Assembly (NCBI GenBank): GCA_965224085.1
Contig: CBDCYI010000011.1
Coordinates: 1,408,001 to 1,472,000 of the forward strand
Length of the DNA stretch: 64,000 bases
Direction: 5' to 3'
DNA from: Candidatus Marinacidobacterales bacterium
GTDB taxonomy: Bacteria > Acidobacteriota > Vicinamibacteria > Marinacidobacterales > SMYC01
Part shown: piece after piece, positions 9,690-19,054 of the stretch
How positions within the stretch are numbered: the stretch's first letter is position 1
Layout: the number at the start of each line of letters is the position of its first letter
The notes under the pieces: model-generated
Databases searched by the model: none
What the model saw: the letters and a program-made list of their open reading frames with translations, nothing else
What the model was told of the DNA's origin: nothing
Position numbers and translations under genes: made by a program

Positions 9690-11574
9690 CGAATCGGCCC
9701 GCCTCGAGGAGACTCTTTTGAAGATCGCATTCGTTGGCGCCATAGCACTATCTTGCTTTCAGGTCTGGCAGAGTGTCACGGGCTCGATCGGCGCCACTTT
9801 CATGCGCCCGGCCCATCTCACCTGGGTGCTCGTGCTCACCTTTGTCTACCATCCGTCCGTGCGCGATCCGGCTTCGAGCCGATACCGTCTCGGCCGTGGC
9901 GTAGATCTCGCGCTCGCCGCACTCGCGCTCTATAGCGGCTATGTCATTTTGACCTTCGACTATCGCGCGATCGACCACATCCTGAACGGTCTCGAACCCC
10001 ACGATTTCATCTCTGGGCTCGTATTCGTCGCGCTTTTGTTTGAAGCGACGCGGCGCTCGATCGGCTGGGTCATGGTCGCCATCGGCGGCGTCTTCATCCT
10101 CTATAACGCCTACGGAAACTTTCTCCCCGACCTCGTGGCCAATCGCGGCTTCACCTTCGAGCGAATCGTACGCTTTCAAGTCTTTTCCGGCGCCGGTATC
10201 TTCGGAACGCCCCTCGGAATAGCCGCGAGCACCGTGTTCATGTTCGTGTTGTTCGGAGCGTTTCTCGAGGTTACGGGCGCGGGTCGTTTTTTCATCGACC
10301 TCGCTTTCGCCGGAGCGGGCCGCTACCGCGGCGGCCCCGCCAAAGCGAGCGTCGTCGCCTCCGCGGCGATGGGCTCTATCTCCGGCTCCGCCATCGCGAA
10401 TACGGTTTCGACCGGCGCGCTCACCATCCCCATGATGAAAAAGCTCGGATACCGCTCCGATCAAGCCGCAGGCATCGAGGCTGCGGCATCGACCGGCGGA
10501 CAGATCATGCCGCCTATCATGGGCGCGGGCGCTTTCATCATGGCGGAGTTCACGAGAACGCCCTATAACAACATCGTCGTGCTATCGATCGCACCGGCCC
10601 TCATGTACTTTTTGTGCACTCTTCTCTTCGTCCACTTGATGGCGGCGAAGCTCGGCCTTCGTGGCCTCACCGGCACGCCGGCGATCGCGGGAACACTTCG
10701 GGACGGCTATCACTTCTTCGTCCCGCTCATCATCGTCACCGTACTCCTGCTCTTGAACTATTCGCCGCCAATCGTCGGCGCGATCGGAAGCGGGGCGGTC
10801 ATCCTCACGGGAGCGCTGCGCGTCCGGACCCGAGTCGGTTTCCGAACCATCCTCGATGGCTTGAAACGGGGTGCGGTGATGGCGCTCCCGATCTCGGCAG
10901 CCTGCGCCACCGCTGGTATCGTTGTGGGCGTTATCGGCCAGACCGGGATTGGCTTGCAGTTTACCGAGTCCGTCGTCGACCTCGCCGGCGGCGCGCTCTG
11001 GCTCGCGCTCGTCCTCATCGCCGCAGCGGCTCTCATTCTCGGGATGGGGCTCCCCGTGACCGCCGCTTACATCGTGATTGCCGTCATGGCCGCTCCGGCG
11101 CTTTCGAGCCTGGGCTTGCCGCTCATCGTTGCCCACATGATCATCTTCTGGCTCTCTCAAACCTCGAACGTGACGCCGCCGATCGCTCTGGCTGCCTTCG
11201 CGGGCGCGGGTATCGCCGGCGCGTCGCCGATGCGCACTGCCGTCGAAGCGCTCAAGCTGTCGGCGGGTTTTTTCATCATTCCGTTGATGATGGCCTATTC
11301 GGGCCTCCTGATGGTCGACGGCGTGTCGCTTTTGGACGGTCTCTGGTCAGTCCTCGTTACCGCGGGACTCATCGCTGTTGTCGCGTTTGCCGTGGAAGGC
11401 TATGCGTCCGTTCCGACCAAGCTTGTCGAAAGAGGGCTCTTCGCGCTCTCGGCCGTCATGCTCGTCTATCCCGATAGCCGTAGCCGAACGCTCGGGCTCG
11501 CGTTAGGGCTCACGGTCTTCGGCGTCAACGTGATTCGAGGAAAGGCAACATCCAAAGGACCCGCGCAAGAATAG
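9646..11574 (+). CDS. TRAP transporter fused 4TM/12TM permease
   Basis: RGGPAKA, ISGSAIAN, STGGQIMPPIMGAGAF, GMGLPVTAAY, VTPP. Confidence 0.92.
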   Translation: MTRSSEPHGQEQPNSESARLEETLLKIAFVGAIALSCFQVWQSVTGSIGATFMRPAHLTWVLVLTFVYHPSVRDPASSRYRLGRGVDLALAALALYSGYVILTFDYRAIDHILNGLEPHDFISGLVFVALLFEATRRSIGWVMVAIGGVFILYNAYGNFLPDLVANRGFTFERIVRFQVFSGAGIFGTPLGIAASTVFMFVLFGAFLEVTGAGRFFIDLAFAGAGRYRGGPAKASVVASAAMGSISGSAIANTVSTGALTIPMMKKLGYRSDQAAGIEAAASTGGQIMPPIMGAGAFIMAEFTRTPYNNIVVLSIAPALMYFLCTLLFVHLMAAKLGLRGLTGTPAIAGTLRDGYHFFVPLIIVTVLLLLNYSPPIVGAIGSGAVILTGALRVRTRVGFRTILDGLKRGAVMALPISAACATAGIVVGVIGQTGIGLQFTESVVDLAGGALWLALVLIAAAALILGMGLPVTAAYIVIAVMAAPALSSLGLPLIVAHMIIFWLSQTSNVTPPIALAAFAGAGIAGASPMRTAVEALKLSAGFFIIPLMMAYSGLLMVDGVSLLDGLWSVLVTAGLIAVVAFAVEGYASVPTKLVERGLFALSAVMLVYPDSRSRTLGLALGLTVFGVNVIRGKATSKGPAQE

Positions 11575-11609
11575 CTTCACATTTGGGGACAACGAGAACT
11601 GGAGGCGCT

Positions 11610-12553
11610 ATGACACGCATGTCGTTGGTCTTGTTCGTCGTCTCGTGGACGGCCCTCGCGAGCGCTCAGACGAATCCACTGTGGACCGAGAATAAAATCA
11701 AAAACTATCTCCCGCACATGAGCTGGCCCGAAGTCGAGGCGCTCGCCGAGCGCACCGATATGGTGATTATCCCTGTCGGCTCGCTCGAGCAGCATGGTCC
11801 TCAGCTTCCCATCGGAACAGATGTCTTGAACGGTATCGAGCGAGCGAAGCTCATCGCACGAGAGACCGACGTGCTCGTCGCGCCGATCCTGCTGCCCGGC
11901 AACTCGCCCTATCACATGGAGTTCTCGGGAACGATCACGCTGTCGCTCGAGACGATCCAAGCCGTCTATGTCGAGGCTGCCGCGTCGCTCATGAAACACG
12001 GCTTCACACGCTTCCTCATCTTGAACGCGCATGGCGGCAACCGCGTCGTTTCACGCTTCATCGCCGACCGCATCAATCACGAGACCGCCGGGATCGCGGT
12101 CGAGCTCGGCGAGGCTGCAGCCCCGTTCATGGCGCAGCGTTTCTCGACACAGGAGGCGCCGCGCCAATTCGACCGTCACGGCGGCGTCGGCGAAACCTCG
12201 AACGCTCTTTACTTGATCCCGGCGCTCGTCGAGCTCGACAGAAGCGAGCTCGCCGGGCTTTCGATTCCAGAACACCTACAAGCGATGGTACCTTCGATCC
12301 TCGAAGGCGACGAGACCGCGCTACGTGTGTTTCTCGCCGAAGCCCTCAAGGCCGAGGCCGCCGGCAAGGGCACGACCGCACGGGACATGTCGACGACTGG
12401 AGTGTGGAGCGTACGCAATCCTAACCTAACGAGGCGACCGTTGAGCGAGGACGTGACGCCGCCGAGCGTTTCGTCGACGCCGCCGTCGCGTTCGTCGAGC
12501 GATGGAACGAGCTCAGGCCCCCGGGCCTTGGCAGAGCCGCTCGACCTCGCTGA
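11610..12553 (+). pseudogene. Creatininase-family amidohydrolase with signal peptide, frameshifted near its C-terminus
   Basis: PVGSLEQHG, NAHGGN, DRHGGVGETS; CTAAC-CTAAC at 12421-12430; removing one copy restores EATVERGRDAAERFVDAAVAFVERW with stop at 12551-12553. Confidence 0.8.
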
Positions 12554-13835
12554 GCTCTTTGGGAACGGCTTCGGTCAAGACACGCCGCCCGCTTCTCGTG
12601 ACAAGAACGTCGTCTTCGATGCGCACGCCAATTCCGCGATAGCGTTCCGGGACGGAGCGATCGCGCGGGCCGAAGTAAAGCCCGGGCTCCACGGTCAAGA
12701 CCATACCGGCTCGAAGGCGGCGCGGCTTGCCGTCCGGATCGACATAGCCGCCCGCATCATGCACGTCCATCCCCAGCCAATGGCTGGTGCCGTGCATGAA
12801 CCAACGACGGTGGGCCTCTTTCGCTAGAAGCTTTTTCCGCTCTCCCTTCAAGAGGCCGAGCGCACGGAGTCCATCGACGGTAGCGCGGACCGCGGCCTGG
12901 TGAGGCGCACTCCACAGCCGACCCGGCGAGACGGCGTGAAGAGCCGCCTTCTGAGCCCGCAGGACGATCCGGTAAATCTCGGCTTGCGGCTCGGAGAAAG
13001 TTCCGGAGACCGGGAACGTGCGCGTGATGTCCGCGGTGTACATGGCGAGCTCGGCGCCGGCATCGAGAAGTACGAGCTCGCCGCGTCGCATCCTCCGATC
13101 GTTCACGACGTAGTGAAGGACACAGGCGTTCTTCCCGCTCGCTACGATCGACTCGTAGCCATTTCGACGCGAGCCGAGCCGGCGAAACGTCGCTTCGACC
13201 TCCGCCTGTAGCTCGTACTCCATGATTCCAGGTCGGGCGAACGCCATCGCGCGGCGATGCCCCGTGGCGCTTACCACGGCGGCGCGATCGAGCGCTTCGA
13301 TCTCGTCGCGATCTTTGACGAGCCTCTCGGTGGCGATCATCGGCCCGGGATCTTCGATGACGGGGTGCGCGGAAGGGTTCCCTCGATAGTCGGCGATGGC
13401 CAGCCTCTCGAAGACACGCTCCAGCGAACGATCCATGAGCCCATCCGCTCCGAGCTTGTAGAACAAGCGTTTCGTTTTTCCGAGAATCGCCTCGAGCCGT
13501 TCGTAGAGCGAGACCATGGGATAGGCCTCGTCGAAACCGAGATGTTTTACCGCGCGGCACGGACCCGAGCGCGGGCCGTCCCAGATTTCGCGCTCGGGCT
13601 CGCGTGGCCTTAGAAACAAGATCGCGTGATGCTCGCGCGCGCTCGAGCGTGTCGCGACGAGCACGGATTCGGGCTCGTTGAAGCCGGTGAGATAGTGAAA
13701 ATCACTACCCGGGCGAAAGGCGTGGGCGACATCCCCATTGCGAAACCGGACGGGTGCCGTGGGCAAAACGAGCAGACCGTCGCCGAGTCGGTTGAGAACG
13801 CGTTGACGACGCCTCCGAAAAAGCTCAGATGACAT
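12513..13835 (-). CDS. pepP: Xaa-Pro aminopeptidase (M24B)
   Basis: DFHYLTGFNEP, LDAG..YTADITRTFP, HGTSHWLGMDVHD, EPGLY, GVRIEDD. Confidence 0.9.
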   Translation of the reverse strand: MSSELFRRRRQRVLNRLGDGLLVLPTAPVRFRNGDVAHAFRPGSDFHYLTGFNEPESVLVATRSSAREHHAILFLRPREPEREIWDGPRSGPCRAVKHLGFDEAYPMVSLYERLEAILGKTKRLFYKLGADGLMDRSLERVFERLAIADYRGNPSAHPVIEDPGPMIATERLVKDRDEIEALDRAAVVSATGHRRAMAFARPGIMEYELQAEVEATFRRLGSRRNGYESIVASGKNACVLHYVVNDRRMRRGELVLLDAGAELAMYTADITRTFPVSGTFSEPQAEIYRIVLRAQKAALHAVSPGRLWSAPHQAAVRATVDGLRALGLLKGERKKLLAKEAHRRWFMHGTSHWLGMDVHDAGGYVDPDGKPRRLRAGMVLTVEPGLYFGPRDRSVPERYRGIGVRIEDDVLVTRSGRRVLTEAVPKELSEVERLCQGPGA

Positions 13836-14976
13836 TGAGCTCCGGGACCGCGGCTGATTGAAACCGCTCGATGGCATAGGGCGCGATATCCATGCTCAAC
13901 GCGGCGCCGTCGACGATGAGCTCGGAGATGACGAGCCCGACCGCGGGCGCGTGCTGCATACCATGCCCGCTGAAACCATTAGCGCAGACGAAATTCTCGA
14001 GCTCCGGAACCGTCCCGAGAATCGCGTTGTGATCGGGAGAGACTTCGTAGAGCCCGGCCACCGTGCTTTGAATCTCGGCTTCCTCGACGCGGGGGACGCG
14101 CGCGATCGCGTGCGCCGTCACTTCGGCGAGAAACTCCCAGTCGACTTGCTGGTTGAAACTGGGAGGCTCGTTGGGATCCGCTTCGCCAATCAACATCCCG
14201 CCGCTCTCTTTGTGCATGTAAACGCCGCTCCCCCAATCGATGAGAAGCGGCAGGCGATCCGGAATCCAGTCCATGGGTTTGGTGACGAAATATTGGCGTT
14301 TCACTGGATCGACCGGGACCTCTAGACCTGCCATCGCACCAACGCTTCGCGCCCAAGGGCCAGCCGCGTTCACCACCCAATCCAGCTCCCACCGATCGTC
14401 ATCGGTTGTTACAACTCGCACTCGACGCCCCTCGATCTCCATACCGGTGACTTCCGACGATCGCGCGATCTCGACGCCGAGCTTGCGCGCGTTCTTCGCA
14501 TAGCCCTGCACGATCGCGTGGGGGTTGGCGAAGCCATCGGCGCCACAAAACGTCGCGCCGACGAGATCGTCGATGGTAAGCACGGGCACGATGCTGCGCG
14601 CTTGTTCCGGCGTAAGCACTTCGACAGGCACGCCGAGCTCCCGTTGCTTCTCTGCGTTGCCTCGAAACATCTCGAGATCGCGCTCCTCGGTCAAAACGAA
14701 CAAGTAGCCATTGCGCTCGAAGTCGATCGTCTCGCCCATCTCGTCTTCGAACCGCTCGAAAGCCGCTATGCTGAGACGCGACATCTCGACGTTCGCGGTA
14801 GTCGAAAACTGAAGCCGCACTCCGCCGGCGCATTTCGCCGTCGAGCCTGTCCCGAGCGCCTCCTCGCGCTCGAAAACAACGATCTTCTTCACGCCGCGCG
14901 CGGCAAGGTGATAGGCAATCGACGCTCCGATGATGCCGCCGCCGACGATGGCGACGTCCGCGTTTTTCGTCATCAT
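13825..14976 (-). CDS. FAD-dependent oxidoreductase, DAO/sarcosine oxidase beta-like
   Basis: IVGGGIIGASIAY, GGVRLQFS, NAAGPW, NGFSGHG; start moved to ATG 14976. Confidence 0.88.
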   Translation of the reverse strand: MMTKNADVAIVGGGIIGASIAYHLAARGVKKIVVFEREEALGTGSTAKCAGGVRLQFSTTANVEMSRLSIAAFERFEDEMGETIDFERNGYLFVLTEERDLEMFRGNAEKQRELGVPVEVLTPEQARSIVPVLTIDDLVGATFCGADGFANPHAIVQGYAKNARKLGVEIARSSEVTGMEIEGRRVRVVTTDDDRWELDWVVNAAGPWARSVGAMAGLEVPVDPVKRQYFVTKPMDWIPDRLPLLIDWGSGVYMHKESGGMLIGEADPNEPPSFNQQVDWEFLAEVTAHAIARVPRVEEAEIQSTVAGLYEVSPDHNAILGTVPELENFVCANGFSGHGMQHAPAVGLVISELIVDGAALSMDIAPYAIERFQSAAVPELNVI

Positions 14977-15101
14977 TGAATGATCGACTGGTAAACGAGG
15001 GAGCCGACCGCTTCCGGCGTCGCCTTCGATAGCTCGCGAGCTGCGACGAGGTTGGGCGCGAGAACCAGAAACAAGATGTAGAAGAGTGTCTTCATACGCA
15101 T
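14973..15101 (-). pseudogene. 42-aa remnant of a secreted beta-lactamase-family serine hydrolase (internal in-frame deletion)
   Basis: MRMKTLFYILFLVLAPNLVAARELSKATPEAVG-SLVYQSIIQ*: signal peptide plus A.PE.VG start joined to an LVYQ.I.. C-terminus; absent from the ORF track. Confidence 0.6.
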
Positions 15102-15209
15102 CTTTTATCACGTCGCCGAAGGAGAGGTACAGCAGCCTGCTAGGGCGAGGGGAGCGCGGCAAGGCCGTCCAAAATGCCCCAGCCCGCCAAGCGCGTCGTA
15201 ATCGTCAGC

Positions 15210-16666
15210 TCAAATCGTGACTACCGCAACGCTGGGCGTGTCTCGCGACGGGTCGGTGCCGAATCCACGGACAAGGAGGAGCTTTTGTCCTTCGACTCCG
15301 AAACCGAGCTCGCGAGCGAGACAGCAGGCGAGCGCCTGCGGGTCGTCGAGCTCGTTCGGTTCGACCACGACAGGAATGACACGCCAGAGAAGTGTCGCCA
15401 TGCGGCACGTGCTCGCTTGCGGCGATGTAGCGACGATCGGAGCCGCAGGGCGGGACGAGCTTATCACCGCGGCGGTTCGACCGCTTCTCGAGATCACGAG
15501 TATCGTGCGCACCCACAGATCCCGCGAGAGTTGGGCGACCGAACGTGCCAGCGCGTCCTCGACCTCTACGGGAGACGGAGCCTCGTTCGTTGACGAAAGA
15601 CCTCCGAACGCGCCTTGCTGCCACAGGTAGGCTTCGGTCTCACGCGCGATCGTGTCCATCATCGCCACCGCTTCGAGCGGGTAGGGCCCGCCGCCGACTC
15701 CGCCGAGGGCATGACCGCATCAGCTCCGCTCGTGACGGCAAGCGCAACATCGGAGACTTCGGCGCGCGTGGGGCGCGGCTCATGCGCCATCGATTCGAGC
15801 ATTTGTGTGGCGACGATGACCGGTTTGGCGCGCGCTCGAGCGAGGTCGATGAGCTGACTCTGAACCAGTGGCACGGATTGTGGCGGGAGCTCGACACCCA
15901 AATCCCCGCGCGCGACCATGATGCCGTCTGATTCACCGACAATGTCTTCTATGTCGTCGAGTGCTTCCGGCCTTTCGATTTTCGAGATGATGGAAGCGTG
16001 TGCTCCGCTGCTTTCGATGAGCTTTCTGAGCTCACGTACGTCGTCGGCACTTCGCACAAAGGAGAGCGCCAGGAAATCGGCACCGAGCTTGAGAGCGAAC
16101 TTTGCGTCTTCCCGATCTTTGTCCGTTAGAGAAGGCGCGGAAAGGCTCGCGCCCGGCAAGTTCATCCCCTTGTGGTCCTTGAGCTCGCCTCCGACGGTCA
16201 CGGTACAAACGACTTCCGTAGCTTCGATACGGACTACCTCGAGCTCGAGCGCGCCGTCGTCGAGAAGAATGCGATTGCCCGGCTTCACGTCGTCAGGGAG
16301 CGCGTCGTACTGTGACGGGACGAGCCCGTCGCCGCCCATTACGTCCCGCGTCGTCACCGTAACTTCTCGACCCCGCTCGAGCGACACCTGACCGCCGGCA
16401 AATCGCCCAACACGAATCTTAGGGCCACTGAGATCAACAAGAACCGCCGTGGGTCGCCTGCCCGTCTTGTTGGCCACATCGCGGACGCGGCGATAGACCG
16501 CACGGTGCGTCTCGTGCGTTCCGTGGGACATGTTGAGACGGAACACATCCGCTCCAGCTTGGACGAGACGCTCGATAGTGTCCGCGTCGCTCGAGCTCGG
16601 GCCCAAGGTGGCCACGATCTTCGTGCGCCGATACTTGAGGAGCGCGACCTCGGTCGTGATGGGCAT
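15210..16666 (-). pseudogene. pyk: Pyruvate kinase split by a 1-bp frameshift
   Basis: RRTKIVATLGP, RLNMSHG, MVARGDLGVE, ATQMLESM, PTRAEVSDV; frame changes at about 15684-15688 (GGC CC TAC) to YPLEAVAMMDTI. Confidence 0.88.
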
Positions 16667-16747
16667 CAGTCAGTGGGGCGTTGGTAGGCGAAGTATGTCA
16701 CGAAATAGACGGGGAGGATCGTTCGCAGTTGCCCGGAAGTAGCCGGG

Positions 16748-18202
16748 TCAGGCGCGAAACGGCTCGGGCGGGCGCCGCCGGTGCCAGTCCGTCTCGCGCT
16801 GAAAGATCATCGCGAGGTCCAATAGCACCTGCTCTTTCCAGGCGCCGCCGACGAGCTGAATCGAGAGTGGAAGCCCCTCCGCGTCGAACCCGCACGGGAT
16901 ACTAATTCCGGGAAGACCCGCGACGTTGGCGGCGTTATGGATCTTGAGCCGTGTGTGAGTCCTGCCACCGGGCTCGAGCTCGGGATCCGCCGGAACCGGC
17001 CAGCCATCGACGACCTCGCGACGGGCCGCACCGGAAGGCCACGTGGGCGCAACAACGATCGAGTAGCGGGAGAGAAGGTCGTCGGCCTCTCGGATCAACT
17101 CGCTGCGAACCCTAAGTGCGAAAAGATAATCCGACGTCGGCTGGAGGCGAGCCGCCATCCAACTCGCAACCCTTGCCCGATTGTAGGGAAAACATCCTGC
17201 GATGCGTCCGTTGTCGAAGTAGGGCTCGAAGAACGAGCCACTCTCACAACCGACGAGCTGGGAGAATATGGACCCGTATGGACGATCGGGCAAAGTGATA
17301 TCTTCGAGCCTGCATCCAGCGTCGTGGAGAACGTCGAGCGCGTTGTCGAACACACGGCGGTCCGCCGGCGCGGCGAGCTCGAAAGCGGCCCGCTCCACTC
17401 CAACCTTGGCCCCCTTCGGGGACGTGGGCTCTCGCCGGAACGAGAACTCACGTCGCGCGGTGGCGTTGTCTCGACTGTCATAGCCGGCGATCGCTTCGAG
17501 CACGAGGCCGCAATCTTCGGCCGTTCGCCCCACCGGGCCGAGTTTGTCCAAGCTCCAGGACAAAACCATCGCTCCATAACGGCTAACGCGTCCGAGGGTC
17601 GGTCGGAGTCCCGTGGCCCCGACGGCCGAGCACGGGTAGACGATCGAGCCACCGGTCTCGCTTCCGATGCCGAAGGCGATGAAGCCCGCGACCGTCCCGG
17701 CGGCCGTCCCGCTCGACGAGCCAAAGGTCGTTCGATCGCGTTTCCAAGGATTGAGGGCATTGCTCGTATTGCCGCCCGCGAACTCCCCCATCGACATCTT
17801 AGCCATGAGCACCGCACCGGCGGCTCCGAGTCTTTCCACGACGGCTGCGTTTCGGTCCGGAACGTTGTCGGCGAAAATGCGCGAGCCCCAAGTCGTTCGC
17901 ACACCTCGCGTGTCGAGCAAATCCTTGACACCGTACGGAAGTCCATGGAGAGGGCTCCGGCGGTCGGTGGTGTCGGCGCGCCGGGCGATTTCGAGTGCGT
18001 GCTCCCGAGCGAGCGTAATGACGGTCGCGAGTTTCTCCCCCGATCTCTTGCCGGGGTCGGCGGGTAGGTCGAAGTCGGGCTGATCGAGACGTTCGACACG
18101 ATTCAGGTAGAGCTCGGTAAGCTCGACCGACGAGAGCTGCCGAGTCTCGAGAAGTCTCGAAAGCTCGGCGATCGATGCGAAGTGGATGTCGTTCTGCAGC
18201 AT
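16748..18202 (-). CDS. Amidase-signature family enzyme (GatA-like fold)
   Basis: GVKDLL, GSSSG, GSETGGSI (Lys-Ser-Ser triad), GLPGISIPCG. Confidence 0.9.
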   Translation of the reverse strand: MLQNDIHFASIAELSRLLETRQLSSVELTELYLNRVERLDQPDFDLPADPGKRSGEKLATVITLAREHALEIARRADTTDRRSPLHGLPYGVKDLLDTRGVRTTWGSRIFADNVPDRNAAVVERLGAAGAVLMAKMSMGEFAGGNTSNALNPWKRDRTTFGSSSGTAAGTVAGFIAFGIGSETGGSIVYPCSAVGATGLRPTLGRVSRYGAMVLSWSLDKLGPVGRTAEDCGLVLEAIAGYDSRDNATARREFSFRREPTSPKGAKVGVERAAFELAAPADRRVFDNALDVLHDAGCRLEDITLPDRPYGSIFSQLVGCESGSFFEPYFDNGRIAGCFPYNRARVASWMAARLQPTSDYLFALRVRSELIREADDLLSRYSIVVAPTWPSGAARREVVDGWPVPADPELEPGGRTHTRLKIHNAANVAGLPGISIPCGFDAEGLPLSIQLVGGAWKEQVLLDLAMIFQRETDWHRRRPPEPFRA

Positions 18203-18253
18203 TCCTGCTCAATTTGCTCCCGGTGGCGGTGATTCTTATCAGCCTGCTAAAGC

Positions 18254-18520
18254 CTAGTAGCGTACGAAGGTGATCGTCGGTTCGGTGTCGGCCGGCAAAG
18301 CGTAGCGTCTCAAGTTCGCCCGCGTCTGGGCGTTCAAGTCGATGGCGTGGCGCAATAGCTCGAGCCACTGGGAATCCGCGAAAATGCCTCGGCCTCCCTG
18401 CGCGTCGAGCATCGCTCCCACGCTTTGCGTGCTGATACGCTCGCTTTCGCTATTCTGGGCGGAAAGACGGACAGCGCTCGCAGAAACGAGCGCCGTGAAT
18501 TCTCTGCGAGAGAGAGTCAT
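18254..18520 (-). CDS. 88-aa protein with twin-arginine signal, probable small partner of the amidase
   Basis: MTLSRREFTALVSASAVRLSA; C-terminal LRRYALPADTEPTITF; start moved to ATG 18520. Confidence 0.7.
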   Translation of the reverse strand: MTLSRREFTALVSASAVRLSAQNSESERISTQSVGAMLDAQGGRGIFADSQWLELLRHAIDLNAQTRANLRRYALPADTEPTITFVRY

Positions 18521-18524
18521 GGGG

Positions 18525-19001
18525 TTACTGGCTCGACTCCCACCACAGCGAGCCGCGCCACGACGAAGGGAACACGGAAATCTGATCGATCCCGTCGAAT
18601 CGATCGAACCGGCGCCACCACGCGTCGCCCTTGCCCCACGGATCGGGTCGGGCCACGCCGCCGTGAAGATAGAAACATACCCGGTATCGTTTGGTGGAAT
18701 CGTAATCCTCCGGAACGAGGACGACGTAGTGATGTCGTCCGCCATTGCCTTTGCGGCTCCAGTCGAGCCGCCCGGTCTCGACGTCCGTCGCGTAGACCCG
18801 CCCCGTGCGAAGACGCGCCAAGATGACGGAGAATTCCGGCTCGGTTCGAAGGAGGCGGCGCGCCACTTTTTCTCGTTTCGAAACTTCGGTGGTCGCGAAA
18901 AACTCGGCGAGCGCGCTCTCAAACGTCACCTCTCGCGCAGAACTCACGGGCGCCGCGAGCAAAGCGACGGCGAGAAGGGCGCGCTTCACGGGCGGAAGCA
19001 T
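18525..19001 (-). pseudogene. C-terminally truncated secreted esterase/alpha-beta hydrolase
   Basis: Signal peptide, YVVLVPEDYD..Y...FYLHGG; stops at WWESSQ* before any GxSxG nucleophile motif. Confidence 0.65.
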
Positions 19002-19054
19002 AGCACCCTGGCGCGCCGGATGCGTGTGCGGCATAATCCCGCGCGGAGGTGTCC

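Noticed and set aside
12554-12827. Long C-terminal extension of the creatininase ORF
   Set aside because: Artefact of the 5-bp duplication; it is antisense pepP sequence
16748-18202. gatA of the tRNA-dependent amidotransferase
   Set aside because: No gatB nearby and GatA-specific segments not recognised; treated as a general amidase
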